Origin: Armatimonadota bacterium
GTDB lineage: Bacteria; Armatimonadota; Fimbriimonadia; Fimbriimonadales; GBS-DC
DNA length: 64,000 bases
NCBI GenBank assembly: GCA_037445735.1
Contig: JBBIJY010000005.1
Location: forward strand, 1 to 64,000
Reading direction: 5' to 3'
The notes below the pieces were generated by a model, which saw nothing but the letters and a program-made list of their open reading frames with translations, made no database searches and was not told where the DNA came from. Positions 1 through 9,841 of this stretch are shown here, one piece after another; the first letter of the stretch is position 1; each line of letters starts with the position of its first letter. The position numbers and the translations under genes were made by a program.

Positions 1-358
1 CCTCCATACTACGCCCCGTCGCCGCGTTGTAGCCGTACCCCACGATATAGCGCCCATCAGGGCTAATGCCGTAAGCAATGACCAGCACCGAGCCGTCAGA
101 GAGCAGGCTGGTGTAGGTCTGGTTCAGGTCTTCCATCCCGGTCTCCCGCGTCCAGCGAAAGGCGCGAAGATAACCGCTGGTGTTGCGTGCCCTGCCAACG
201 ACCACTGCGCCGTCCGCTGAAACGCCATAAGCCCAGCTCTCATTGCCGCCAAGCGTGCCTAACCAAGTGATAGACTGCGACCAGCCTGCGGTCGCCACTA
301 CCGACAGCACCCCTGCGCTCACAAGCGCCCAGAACCGATTGGTTGCGCATCGCGTCAT
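1..358 (-). CDS. Secreted HAF-repeat family protein, N-terminal part (runs off window edge)
   Basis: Manual translation MTRCATNRFWALVSAGVLSVVATAGWSQSITWLGTLGGNESWAYGVSADGAVVVG...AFRW; signal peptide, GGAGG RBS; not in ORF track. Confidence 0.8.
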   Translation of the reverse strand, partial: MTRCATNRFWALVSAGVLSVVATAGWSQSITWLGTLGGNESWAYGVSADGAVVVGRARNTSGYLRAFRWTRETGMEDLNQTYTSLLSDGSVLVIAYGISPDGRYIVGYGYNAATGRSME

Positions 359-679
359 CGTTGTACCTCCCCTCATCTGATTTGCCCCGCACCCAGGCAG
401 TGCACAGGCTACCATAATGATAGCATGCTTTTCGCCCAGTGTCAGGGGGTCAGGGGCAAATCGGGGCAATCGCCCGCGCGGAGAGCGCCCCAGCGTCGCC
501 AGGGAGGCTCCCAAAGTCGCGCGGGACACAGCGTGCAGGAATGGGGGCGTCGGAGGCGAACCCCATAAAGCGGAGGGAAGCAGCGATGCGACGAGACTAT
601 GTAAAGCATTTTTGACGCCCAGCTGCAAACGCGCAAGAGCCGCTTATCGTGCTGAGATTCGTTCACACGGGCACAGGAA

Positions 680-2017
680 ATGGATGTGATTGTGGTGGGT
701 GCGGGCGTGGCGGGGCTGGTCGCCGCGCGCGAGCTGGTTCGGGCGGGCAGGGCGGTGCTGGTGCTGGAAGCCCGCGACCGCGTGGGCGGGCGACTGCTCA
801 GCCATGAAATCGCGCCGAACCTCTGGATCGATTTAGGCGGTCAGTGGCTCGGTCCGACGCAGGAGCGCGCCTACGCCCTGGCGCGCGAGCTGAGCGTTGA
901 GCTGTTCCCCACCTATCACGAGGGTGATAGCCTCATCTATCAGGCGGGGCGACTGCGCCGCTATAAGGGCGTGGTGCCGAACATCGGGCTGCTGGCGTTG
1001 CTCGATTTTGGGCGCAGCATCGCGCGGCTGGATCGGATGGCGCAGGAGGTGCCGCTGGACGCGCCCTGGAACGCGCCGCGCGCCCGCGAGTGGGACTCGC
1101 TCACCTTTGCCACATGGATTGAGGGCTTCACGCGCACCGCTATCGGGCGGTGGGGACTCTCCCTGTTTGCGGAGGCGGTGTTCGCCGCCGAGCCGTGCGA
1201 GTTCTCGCTCCTGCACGCGCTGTTCTACATCCGTTCAGGCGGCGGCGTGGAGCGGTTGAGTGGCATTCGCGGCGGCGCGCAGCAGGATCGATTCGTGCCA
1301 GGTGCGCAGAGCCTCGCGAAACGCCTCGCAGAAGAGCTGGGCGAGCGCGTGCTGCTGAACCGACCCGTGACGCTCATTCAGCACGATTCGACGGGCGTGA
1401 CGGTGCATGCGGGCGGTCAGGCGTATCGGGCAAAGGCGGCGATTGTGGCGATCCCGCCCACGCTCGCAGGGCGCATCCAGTATGACCCGCCCATGCCGCC
1501 CGCGCGTGACCAGCTCACCCAGCGACTGCCCAACGGCTCCGTCATCAAATGCTTCGCCGTGTACCCGACCCCCTTCTGGCGCGAGCAGGGGCTGAACGGC
1601 TTCGTGACCAGCGACACGGGACCCGTGCATCTGGTGTTTGACAACTCGCCGCTCGACGGCTCAGTTGGCATTCTGCTGGGCTTTATGGAGGGCGCCGACG
1701 CCCGCCGCATGAGCATGGTTCCATCAGCGGAGCGGCGTCAGGCGGCGTTAGCCTGCTTCACCCGTTACTTTGGCGAGCGGGCGGCGAACCCCGAACTCTA
1801 TCTGGATCACGACTGGAGCGCGGAGGTGTGGACGCGCGGCTGCTACGGCGCTCACTTCCCGCCTGGCGCATGGACCCAGTTCGGACACGCCCTGCGCACG
1901 CCTGTCGGACGCATCCACTGGGCAGGCACGGAGACCGCCACACGCTGGATGGGCTACATCGACGGCGCCATCGAATCGGGACAGCGCGCCGCACAGGAGG
2001 TATTGCAAACGCTATGA
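680..2017 (+). CDS. Flavin monoamine oxidase family protein
   Basis: GAGVAG FAD motif, EARDRVGGR, DLGGQW, C-terminal HWAGTETA...GYIDGAIESG. Confidence 0.9.
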   Translation: MDVIVVGAGVAGLVAARELVRAGRAVLVLEARDRVGGRLLSHEIAPNLWIDLGGQWLGPTQERAYALARELSVELFPTYHEGDSLIYQAGRLRRYKGVVPNIGLLALLDFGRSIARLDRMAQEVPLDAPWNAPRAREWDSLTFATWIEGFTRTAIGRWGLSLFAEAVFAAEPCEFSLLHALFYIRSGGGVERLSGIRGGAQQDRFVPGAQSLAKRLAEELGERVLLNRPVTLIQHDSTGVTVHAGGQAYRAKAAIVAIPPTLAGRIQYDPPMPPARDQLTQRLPNGSVIKCFAVYPTPFWREQGLNGFVTSDTGPVHLVFDNSPLDGSVGILLGFMEGADARRMSMVPSAERRQAALACFTRYFGERAANPELYLDHDWSAEVWTRGCYGAHFPPGAWTQFGHALRTPVGRIHWAGTETATRWMGYIDGAIESGQRAAQEVLQTL

Positions 2018-3237
2018 GGACACTCTACATCGATTGTATCGGCGGCATCGCGGGCGATATGATGCTTGCCGCGCTGATTGAGGTGGGTGTGCCTGAATCG
2101 GCGCTCGTGGAGACGCTGCGCTCGCTGAACCTCACGGGCTGGGAGTGGCGCTCGGAGCAGGTGGAGGTGGAGGCGGTGTATGCGCGGCGCGTGCAGATTC
2201 GCGTCGTGGAAGACCAGCCCCATCGCCACCTGAGCGATGTGCTGGCGATTATCGAGCGTGCGCCGCTCTCGGAGCGGGTGCGCCAGAACGCGACGGCGGT
2301 CTTTCAACGGCTGGCGGAGGCGGAGGCTGCCGTGCATCGCACCACGCCCGACCGCGTGCATTTTCACGAGGTGGGCGCCATCGACGCCATTCTGGATGTG
2401 GTGGGCAGCTGCTGGGGGCTGGAACAGCTGGGCGTCGAGCGAATCGTCTGCTCGCCGTTGCCGATGGGGCGCGGCTTCGTGAAGGCGGAACACGGTCATC
2501 TGCCTCTGCCCGCGCCCGCGGTGGTGGAGCTGCTGCGCGGCGTGCCGACCTGCGGTATTCCGATCGAGGGCGAGACGGTGACGCCGACGGGCGCGGCGCT
2601 CGCCGTCGCGCTCAGCGATTCGTTCGGGGTTCAGCCCCCGATGCGCTACGAGGCGGTCGGCTACGGCGCGGGCGCCGCCGTGCGTCCCCTGCCCAACCTC
2701 CTGCGCCTGTTCGTCGGCGAAGCGTACGGATTGCAGGACGCGCAGGGCAACTGGCAGAGCATCGTGCAGATTGAAACCAACCTCGACGACGCGACGCCCC
2801 AGCTGATAGGCTATGTGCTGGAGCAGGCGCTGGCGCAGGGCGCGTTAGACGCCTTCCTCACGCCCGTGCAGATGAAGAAGAACCGCCCGGGTGTGTTAAT
2901 CACGCTGCTGGCGCCGCCGGAGCGCGCCGACGCGCTCATTAACTTACTGCTGACCGAGACGCCGACGCTGGGCGTGCGCTACACCCTGCTCCATCGCCGT
3001 TGTCTCCAGCGCGAGATTCGGGAGGTGCAGACACCCTATGGTGCGGTGCGGGTCAAGCTGGCGCGGGATGGCGAGCGCGTGCTGCATGTCGCGCCCGAAT
3101 ATGAGGACTGCGCCCGCCTCGCCCGCGAACAGAACATCCCCCTCCAGCAGGTATGGCAGGCAGCCCTTAACGCATGGCATAAAAACAATCCCCCACGCCT
3201 TCAGCAGGGTGGGGGATTGGGGAAGGAAGCGGGGTGA
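2014..3237 (+). CDS. larC: Nickel pincer cofactor biosynthesis protein LarC
   Basis: MRTLYIDCIGGIAGDM, VHFHEVGAIDA, TPTGAA, ETNLDD, MKKNRPG, PEYED; ATG overlaps upstream stop. Confidence 0.9.
   Translation: MRTLYIDCIGGIAGDMMLAALIEVGVPESALVETLRSLNLTGWEWRSEQVEVEAVYARRVQIRVVEDQPHRHLSDVLAIIERAPLSERVRQNATAVFQRLAEAEAAVHRTTPDRVHFHEVGAIDAILDVVGSCWGLEQLGVERIVCSPLPMGRGFVKAEHGHLPLPAPAVVELLRGVPTCGIPIEGETVTPTGAALAVALSDSFGVQPPMRYEAVGYGAGAAVRPLPNLLRLFVGEAYGLQDAQGNWQSIVQIETNLDDATPQLIGYVLEQALAQGALDAFLTPVQMKKNRPGVLITLLAPPERADALINLLLTETPTLGVRYTLLHRRCLQREIREVQTPYGAVRVKLARDGERVLHVAPEYEDCARLAREQNIPLQQVWQAALNAWHKNNPPRLQQGGGLGKEAG
3186..3219. terminator. Hairpin at convergent gene ends, likely terminator
   Basis: CAATCCCCCAC / GTGGGGGATTG 11-bp inverted repeat preceded by an A-run. 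Confidence 0.5.
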
Positions 3238-3243
3238 GCGGGG

Positions 3244-3966
3244 TTAGCCGCCGAAGCCGCCGGCGCGTCCGCCGCCGCGGGGCGCGCCGCCAAAGCCGCC
3301 GCGACCGCCGCCGAAGAAGCCGCGCCCGCCCTGAAACTCGAACGGCTTGCCCGTCATCTGCTGCCACTTCTCGCGCTGGGCGGGGGTCAGCACCTCCAGA
3401 ATCTTCTTCTCGGCTTGCTCGCGTGCCTTCTGCAGCTCCTGAATCCGCTCACCGGGCTGAGGGGGTTGACCCGGCTGACCGCGTGTGGACTGGAAGGTCT
3501 CCTGCACGATGCCGCGAATCTTCGCCTGCTGCTCCTGGGTCAGCCCCACCTCGCGGGCAATGTTGGGGTCGAGCAGTGCCATTGGGCCCTGCCACTGGAG
3601 TTCCAGTTCGCGCAGGCGCTTGCGCTGGGCGTCGGTCAGGATGCTGGTCGGGTCATACTTCTGGCGCAGCTGTTGCATCTGCTCGCGGCGCTGCTCTGGC
3701 GGCAGGTTGCGCGACTCCTGCATCGCCTGCCTCATCTCCTGTTGCATCTGGTTGAGCTTTGTTTTTTGCTGCTCGGAGAGGTTCAGCTCCTTCTGCACAT
3801 CGTCGCGCATGAGCAGCGTCCAGGAGAGGTTCGCACCCATGCGTCCGCCGAAGCCGACACCGGGTAGCCCCGGTCGGCGGGGTCGTTCAGGTTGCTGTGC
3901 CAGCGCAAGGCTGGTCATTACCAGCGCAGCCACTCCAAGCCATAGCCATCGGGTTCGCATTGTCAT
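3244..3966 (-). CDS. Spy/CpxP-like periplasmic protein with Gly-rich tail
   Basis: Signal peptide; repeated LNLSEQQK, LTDAQR, LTQEQQ, LTPAQR (LTXXQ) motifs. Confidence 0.7.
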   Translation of the reverse strand: MTMRTRWLWLGVAALVMTSLALAQQPERPRRPGLPGVGFGGRMGANLSWTLLMRDDVQKELNLSEQQKTKLNQMQQEMRQAMQESRNLPPEQRREQMQQLRQKYDPTSILTDAQRKRLRELELQWQGPMALLDPNIAREVGLTQEQQAKIRGIVQETFQSTRGQPGQPPQPGERIQELQKAREQAEKKILEVLTPAQREKWQQMTGKPFEFQGGRGFFGGGRGGFGGAPRGGGRAGGFGG

Positions 3967-4037
3967 CTCCTCCTCGCCCCTCTTAGACGCCCTCCGATGG
4001 GTTTTGTTCGGCAGGAAAGATTCGAATGGGCGCGAAA

Positions 4038-5681
4038 ATGGAGACCATGCTTAAACGGGAAATCTGGCAGGTTCCCACAGGGATGTGGGTTTTGTGCATT
4101 ATTTATACGCTGATAGCGATGGTGCTGCGGGCGTCTTATGTGGATGCGGAGGGCGTGCGGCAGGCGGCGACGCTCAGTGAAGGGCTGAACCGCGCTTCGC
4201 TATTCTTCTGGAACGGGCACGCGCCGCTGGGACTGCTCTTGCTGTGGCTGATTGTGAAGCCGCTCTCGCTCGTGATGCCGGTGCTGGAGGCGACCCAGCT
4301 GCTGGCGGCGGTCGCGATGGGGCTGACCGGGCTGGTGCTGTATCGGCTCCTGCGCCTCACGGGGCTGGCGATGGGGCTATGTGGCTGGCTCACCTTTCTG
4401 TTCCTGACGGCGAATGTGGCGCTGGTGAGCGCGACGATGCTGGGCTACGCCTCGTTCACCCTGCTGCTGATGGCGCTCTGGGCGCGTTCCGCCGTGCGCT
4501 TTCTGACCCTGCGCGAAACGGAGCCAGCTGTTGCCATCCGCATGGGAGTTGCCAGCGCGCTGCTTGGCGCGATCAATCTCTTCGCGCTGGTGCCCGCGCT
4601 CGTGCTGGGCATGCTGGCGCTGCGCCGCTTTCGGGCGGGCGCGTACTGGGTTGCCCTGCTATCGCTCACCCTGCTGGTCTATCTGGGCGTCTACTTCCTT
4701 GTGCTGCCGGCGCAGGTTCAGGCAGGCGGTGTGGAGCGGGCGAAACCCTCGCTCATCAGCTGGCTCTGGACAGGCGATGGCGGCTCCCAGTTTGACCCGC
4801 CTGCGCTGTCGGGCGCATACTGGCTGGCGATGGGCGAGCAGGCGCAGAACTGCCTGCTCGCGCTGGGGCGACCTTTCCGCGTGCGCGATGTGTATCAATA
4901 CTTTCTGGGCGGCACTTTCATCACGCTGTTGAAGGGCGCGTTCCTGGCGCTGGTCGCCGTCGCGGTGCTGATGCTGATTATTCTGCAGACGAGCGGTGAG
5001 CGCATCCCGGTGGAGCGCTCCGCGCGGGCACTGCAACAGCTATCGGGCTGGAGCCTGCTCATGATGCTCGCTGTGCTGATCCTCTGGCAGGGCGAGCGGC
5101 AGGCGTTCTATCTGTGGACTGGCTTCTGGGCGGTGCTGGCGCTGGGGAGCTGGCTCGCCAGCTATGCGCCCGAAGAGACGGCACGATTGAACTACGCGCT
5201 GGCGCCGCTGGTGCTGGTGATGGCTATCTTCGGACTGATGAAAATGGGCACTCTGCGCTCGCCTGACCACGATTCGGAGCATCAGGAGGTGGTCGCTGCG
5301 TATGGAGGCATTCAGCAGGGCGATATCGTGATTGCGGCGGGTCGGCTGGCGGATTTACTTCGCTGCTACACCGCTCCCCGTGCCCGGGTGATTGCCACCG
5401 AATACTGGCGCGATCCCGAATCGGAGCTGAAGCGACTGCTGGAGCTGGCTCGCCAGCAGAGGCGACGGGTCATCCTGTGGCAGTACGCGCTGAACCCGGA
5501 CTACTTCCGACACGCCCGTGCACGCGCCACCGCCGCATGGCTGCAGAGCCTGCAACGCGCCCAGCAACTGTGGAACCAGGCTGGCGGCGCCCTCTATCGC
5601 CCCTACAGCAAGGTGGTCGCCTACCCAACCCTGATCGAATGGTCAGGCGAGGCGCAGCAGCTGGAACCGCCCAGACCCTGA
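4038..5681 (+). CDS. Polytopic membrane protein (possibly GT-C-like)
   Basis: Many hydrophobic helices; start uncertain. Confidence 0.55.
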   Translation: METMLKREIWQVPTGMWVLCIIYTLIAMVLRASYVDAEGVRQAATLSEGLNRASLFFWNGHAPLGLLLLWLIVKPLSLVMPVLEATQLLAAVAMGLTGLVLYRLLRLTGLAMGLCGWLTFLFLTANVALVSATMLGYASFTLLLMALWARSAVRFLTLRETEPAVAIRMGVASALLGAINLFALVPALVLGMLALRRFRAGAYWVALLSLTLLVYLGVYFLVLPAQVQAGGVERAKPSLISWLWTGDGGSQFDPPALSGAYWLAMGEQAQNCLLALGRPFRVRDVYQYFLGGTFITLLKGAFLALVAVAVLMLIILQTSGERIPVERSARALQQLSGWSLLMMLAVLILWQGERQAFYLWTGFWAVLALGSWLASYAPEETARLNYALAPLVLVMAIFGLMKMGTLRSPDHDSEHQEVVAAYGGIQQGDIVIAAGRLADLLRCYTAPRARVIATEYWRDPESELKRLLELARQQRRRVILWQYALNPDYFRHARARATAAWLQSLQRAQQLWNQAGGALYRPYSKVVAYPTLIEWSGEAQQLEPPRP

Positions 5682-5701
5682 AGGGGGGTATACTCACAGA
5701 T

Positions 5702-7384
5702 GTGATTCGGCAGACGATTCGGAGCTGGCTGGAGCAGGCGTTGCGCGCGGCACAGCAGGCGGGCGAGCTGCCCGAAACCCCAGCGCCCGCCTTCGAGGTC
5801 GAAACCCCACGCAACGAGCAGTTCGGCGACTATGCGACCAACCTGGCATTTGTGCTGGCACGCTCGGCACGGCGCAACCCGCAGGAGGTCGCTCGCCTGC
5901 TGATGCGCCACCTGCCCCCCGAAACCAGCGACTGGCTCCAGCGCGTCGAAATCGCTGGCGCAGGCTTCATTAATTTCTATCTGAAACCGGGCTGGACAGG
6001 CGCCGTTGTGCGCCACATTCTGGAGCAGGGCGAACACTACGGCACAGCCACGCTCGGCGCCGGTCAGCGCGTTCTCATCGAGTTCGTCAGCGCGAACCCC
6101 ACTGGACCGCTCACGCTCGGACACGGACGCAACGCCGTCATCGGCGACACGCTCGCCCGACTGTTCACCGCGCTCGGCTATCAGGTCGAACGCGAGTTCT
6201 ATATCAACGACGGCGAACACTCCACCCAGATTCAAAACTTTGCCCTCTCGGTGCTGACCCGCTATCGCCAGCTGCTCGGCGAGTCTGTCCCGATGCCCGA
6301 CGACGCCTACCACGGCGAATACATCACCGAACTCGCCCAGCTCATCCACCAGCAGTACGGCGACCAGATCCAGCTCAGCGATCCCGACCTGCTCAAGCGG
6401 TTCGAATCATGGGCAAAAACGCTGATGCTGCAGGAGCAACAGCGCGACCTGAGCGATTTTGGCGTCCTGTTCGACCGCTGGGTCTCCGAGCAGAGCCTGT
6501 ACGAGAGCGGCGCTGTCGAACGCACTTTGCAGCGCCTGCGCGAATCGGGCTACGCCTACGAATCGGACGGCGCGCTCTGGCTGCGCTCCACCGCCTTCGG
6601 CGACGAAAAAGACCGCGTGCTGGTACGCGCCAACGGCACACCCACCTACCTCGCCTCCGATGTCGCCTATCATATCCACAAATACGAACGCGGCTACGAC
6701 AGACTGATTAACCTCTGGGGCGCCGACCACCACGGCTATGCAGCGCGACTGAAAGCCGCCATCGCTGCGCTCGGCTACGACCCTGACCGCCTCACCATCC
6801 TCATCTACCAGCTGGTGCATCTGTACAGAGGCGCGGAGCCCGTGCGCATGTCCAAACGCACCGGCGACCTGATCACCCTGCGCGAGGTGATGGATGAAAT
6901 CGGCACCGACGCGCTCCGATTCTTCTATCTCCTGCGCTCGCACGAGAGTCATCTCGATATCGATATCGAGCTGGCAAAGGAGCAATCCGAGAAAAACCCT
7001 GTCTACTATGTGCAATACGCGCACGCTCGCATCCGCAGCATTGAGCGGGTCGCTGCCGAGCAGGGCGTCCCGATGCCCGCCCCGAACGAAGCCAGCCTGC
7101 AGAGGCTGACCCACCCCGAAGAAGTCGCCCTCGTCAAACGCCTGGCAGAGTTCCCTGAAGAGGTACGCCTCGCAGGTCTGCAACTTATGCCGCATCGGCT
7201 GACCGCCTACGCCCTCGATTTAGCACGCGCCTTCCACAGCTTCTACACCGAGTGCCGCGTGCTGGGCGAAGACCCGGAATTGACCCGCGCACGCCTGCTG
7301 CTCATTCGCGCCACCCGAATCACCCTGCGCAACACCCTGAACCTGATGGGCGTCTCCGCACCCGAACGCATGGAATCACCATGA
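5702..7384 (+). CDS. argS: Arginine--tRNA ligase
   Basis: FGDYATN, EFVSANPTGPLTLGHGR, MSKRTG, YVQYAHAR; GTG start 7 nt after TATACT. Confidence 0.95.
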   Translation: MIRQTIRSWLEQALRAAQQAGELPETPAPAFEVETPRNEQFGDYATNLAFVLARSARRNPQEVARLLMRHLPPETSDWLQRVEIAGAGFINFYLKPGWTGAVVRHILEQGEHYGTATLGAGQRVLIEFVSANPTGPLTLGHGRNAVIGDTLARLFTALGYQVEREFYINDGEHSTQIQNFALSVLTRYRQLLGESVPMPDDAYHGEYITELAQLIHQQYGDQIQLSDPDLLKRFESWAKTLMLQEQQRDLSDFGVLFDRWVSEQSLYESGAVERTLQRLRESGYAYESDGALWLRSTAFGDEKDRVLVRANGTPTYLASDVAYHIHKYERGYDRLINLWGADHHGYAARLKAAIAALGYDPDRLTILIYQLVHLYRGAEPVRMSKRTGDLITLREVMDEIGTDALRFFYLLRSHESHLDIDIELAKEQSEKNPVYYVQYAHARIRSIERVAAEQGVPMPAPNEASLQRLTHPEEVALVKRLAEFPEEVRLAGLQLMPHRLTAYALDLARAFHSFYTECRVLGEDPELTRARLLLIRATRITLRNTLNLMGVSAPERMESP

Positions 7385-8100
7385 TACGACTGATTGACCG
7401 AACAGGCTGGACCGGCGCGCCGGAGCAACTCTATGAACAGGTGGAGTTCCCACCTCCACCTGCTGACCGACCCTACATCTTCACCAACACCGTCACCACG
7501 CTCGACGGCAAACTCATTCTCGGCGAGCCAGGCTCCACCGCGAAGGGACTGGGTAGTCCAACTGACCAGCTCCTCATGCACCGCCTGCAGACGCACGCCC
7601 ATGCCATCGCGATTGGTAGCGGTACCCTGCGAGCCGACTGGCACCTCAACTACCCGCCCGAACCGTATCGGGTGGTGCTGACCACCAGCGGCGAACTGCC
7701 ACTGGAACATCCTTTCTTCAGCAACCCGCGCCGCGCGCTCGTGTTCGCGCCCACCCACCTGCCGCCCGACCGCCAGCAAGCCCTCCAGCGCGTCGCCACC
7801 CTCCACCTCACCGGCGAAACGCAGGTCGATGTGCGCGAAGCCGTGCGCATCCTTCACACCACCTATGCGGTACGCTATCTGCTGGTGGAAGGCGGTGGCA
7901 ATCTGAACTTCTACTTTTTCGATGCGGGGCTGGTCGACGAGGTCTTCCTGACGCTGGCGCCGAAGATAAAGGGCGGCGCCCACCTGCCCACAATGGTCGA
8001 TGGCGCGGGCTTGCCCCGCGAGCGCATCGCTGAATTCGAGCTGATCTCCGCCTACCTGGAAGGCGATGAACTCTTCCTGCGCTACAGGAGGCGAACATGA
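7381..8100 (+). CDS. RibD C-terminal-domain (DHFR-fold) reductase
   Basis: TTLDGK, IGSGTLRAD, LLVEGGG, LVDEVFLTLAPKIKGG. Confidence 0.85.
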   Translation: MIRLIDRTGWTGAPEQLYEQVEFPPPPADRPYIFTNTVTTLDGKLILGEPGSTAKGLGSPTDQLLMHRLQTHAHAIAIGSGTLRADWHLNYPPEPYRVVLTTSGELPLEHPFFSNPRRALVFAPTHLPPDRQQALQRVATLHLTGETQVDVREAVRILHTTYAVRYLLVEGGGNLNFYFFDAGLVDEVFLTLAPKIKGGAHLPTMVDGAGLPRERIAEFELISAYLEGDELFLRYRRRT

Positions 8101-8519
8101 CACTGCGTGAGTTCGTTCGGGAACAGATTCAGCAGATTTATGAGGCGCTGCAGCGGGGTCAACCCCCGCCCGTCGGCGAGTATGAGCCTGCCACACTCAA
8201 AGAGTGCATGCGCCGTGCCACCATCCAGATCGGCACCACCCACTACCGACCCGACAGCATCCTGCTGGAGTTCATCTTCACCGAGCCGAGCATGCCACCC
8301 GCCATCCTCACCATTCGCATCCCCGCCCCAGAACCCATCGTCTATATGCCCGTGCCCGACTGGGTGATTGAAGATGTGTGGCAGGGCGAGGTTACAGGCT
8401 CCTTCCGATTCGCCTCCGAAGCCCAGCTGCTGCTCAAAAAGCTGCAGAACCAGATTTTCTCGGAGGCGAACCTGCTCTATTTTGACGAGCGACCCCAGCT
8501 CAAACACCGCGACCGATAA
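8097..8519 (+). CDS. Hypothetical protein
   Basis: ATGA overlap with upstream gene, GGAGG RBS, host-like codon usage. Confidence 0.7.
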   Translation: MTLREFVREQIQQIYEALQRGQPPPVGEYEPATLKECMRRATIQIGTTHYRPDSILLEFIFTEPSMPPAILTIRIPAPEPIVYMPVPDWVIEDVWQGEVTGSFRFASEAQLLLKKLQNQIFSEANLLYFDERPQLKHRDR

Positions 8520-8542
8520 CCGCATCAGGTATCCTTGAGGGG

Positions 8543-9841
8543 ATGGAGCATTCGCGCCGAACACGGATCGAATTTCGGGAGTTCCAGCTGCCAAACGGAT
8601 TGCGCGTGCTGTTCTCGCCCCATCGCGCGGCGCCCGTCGTCGCCATACTGGTGATGTACAGGGTCGGCTCGCGCGATGAACCGCCTGGCAAAACGGGCTT
8701 CGCCCACCTGTTCGAACATATGATGTTTCAGGGTTCCGCCAATGTGCCGCGCGGCAAACACTTCGAATATGTGGAATCGAACGGCGGCATCCTGAACGGC
8801 TTCACCAGCTACGACTGCACCGCCTACTTCGAACTGCTGCCCGCCGCCAAGCTGCCGCTCGGACTGTGGCTCGAAGCCGACCGCATGCGCTCTCTGCAGG
8901 TCTCACAGGAGAATTTAGAGAACCAGCGGGCAGTGGTCAAAGAGGAGCGACGACTGAGCATCGACAACCGTCCCTACGCGCGCGCTCTGGAACGCCTGCG
9001 CGAAATCGCCTGCGATAACTTCGCCAACCAGCACTCGGTCATCGGCTCGATGGACGATCTGGATCGTGCGACGCTGGAGGATGTGCAACAATTTTTCCGC
9101 ACCTACTACGCGCCGAATAATGCGGTGCTGGTAATCGTGGGCGACTACGATTTGCGGCGCGACGGGCGCCTGGTTCGCGAGCTGTTTGAAGATATTCCAC
9201 CGCAGCCGTCGCCGCCATCTGTCGACCTCACCGAGCCAGAGCGCGGTGAGCGACGCGAGCTGTTTCACGACCCGCTGGCGAGCGTGCCCGCAATCGCCCT
9301 CACATGGAAAATCCCACCACGCTGCTCGCCTGACAACGACGCCCTGCAGATTGCAGCCGAAATACTGGTCGGCGGGCGCGCCTCACGCCTCTATCAGCGA
9401 CTGGTCAAACAGGAAGCGGTCGCCGTGAGCGTGTCGGGCGGCGCGGAAGCGCGCCCCGCGCCCAGCCTGTTCCAGCTGTTTATCCTGCACCGCCCCGATG
9501 TGCCTCCTGAGCGAATCGAACGCATTGTTTATGAAGAAATCGAGCGCCTTGCCAGCGAGGGTGTCCCCGACCCGGAACTGGAGCGCATCCGCACGCAACT
9601 GATTGCCCGGCGCTGGAGCGATAACCTCTATTACGGTCTGCAAAGCCCGCTGGGACGCGCGCTGGGGCTGGCGTTCGCAACCGTGTTCGATGGCGACCCC
9701 GACGCCATCAACCACGAGCTGGAACGCCTGCTCGCTGTCGACAGCCCGCGGGTGCAGCAGGCGGTGCAGCACTACCTGAACACCGAACGCAACCGCACCG
9801 TGATGACCATCGTGCCAGGCGCCACAGGAGGTGTCGTATGA
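8543..9841 (+). CDS. M16 family zinc peptidase, catalytic subunit
   Basis: LPNGLRV, GFAHLFEHMMF (HXXEH), VVKEERR. Confidence 0.92.
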   Translation: MEHSRRTRIEFREFQLPNGLRVLFSPHRAAPVVAILVMYRVGSRDEPPGKTGFAHLFEHMMFQGSANVPRGKHFEYVESNGGILNGFTSYDCTAYFELLPAAKLPLGLWLEADRMRSLQVSQENLENQRAVVKEERRLSIDNRPYARALERLREIACDNFANQHSVIGSMDDLDRATLEDVQQFFRTYYAPNNAVLVIVGDYDLRRDGRLVRELFEDIPPQPSPPSVDLTEPERGERRELFHDPLASVPAIALTWKIPPRCSPDNDALQIAAEILVGGRASRLYQRLVKQEAVAVSVSGGAEARPAPSLFQLFILHRPDVPPERIERIVYEEIERLASEGVPDPELERIRTQLIARRWSDNLYYGLQSPLGRALGLAFATVFDGDPDAINHELERLLAVDSPRVQQAVQHYLNTERNRTVMTIVPGATGGVV

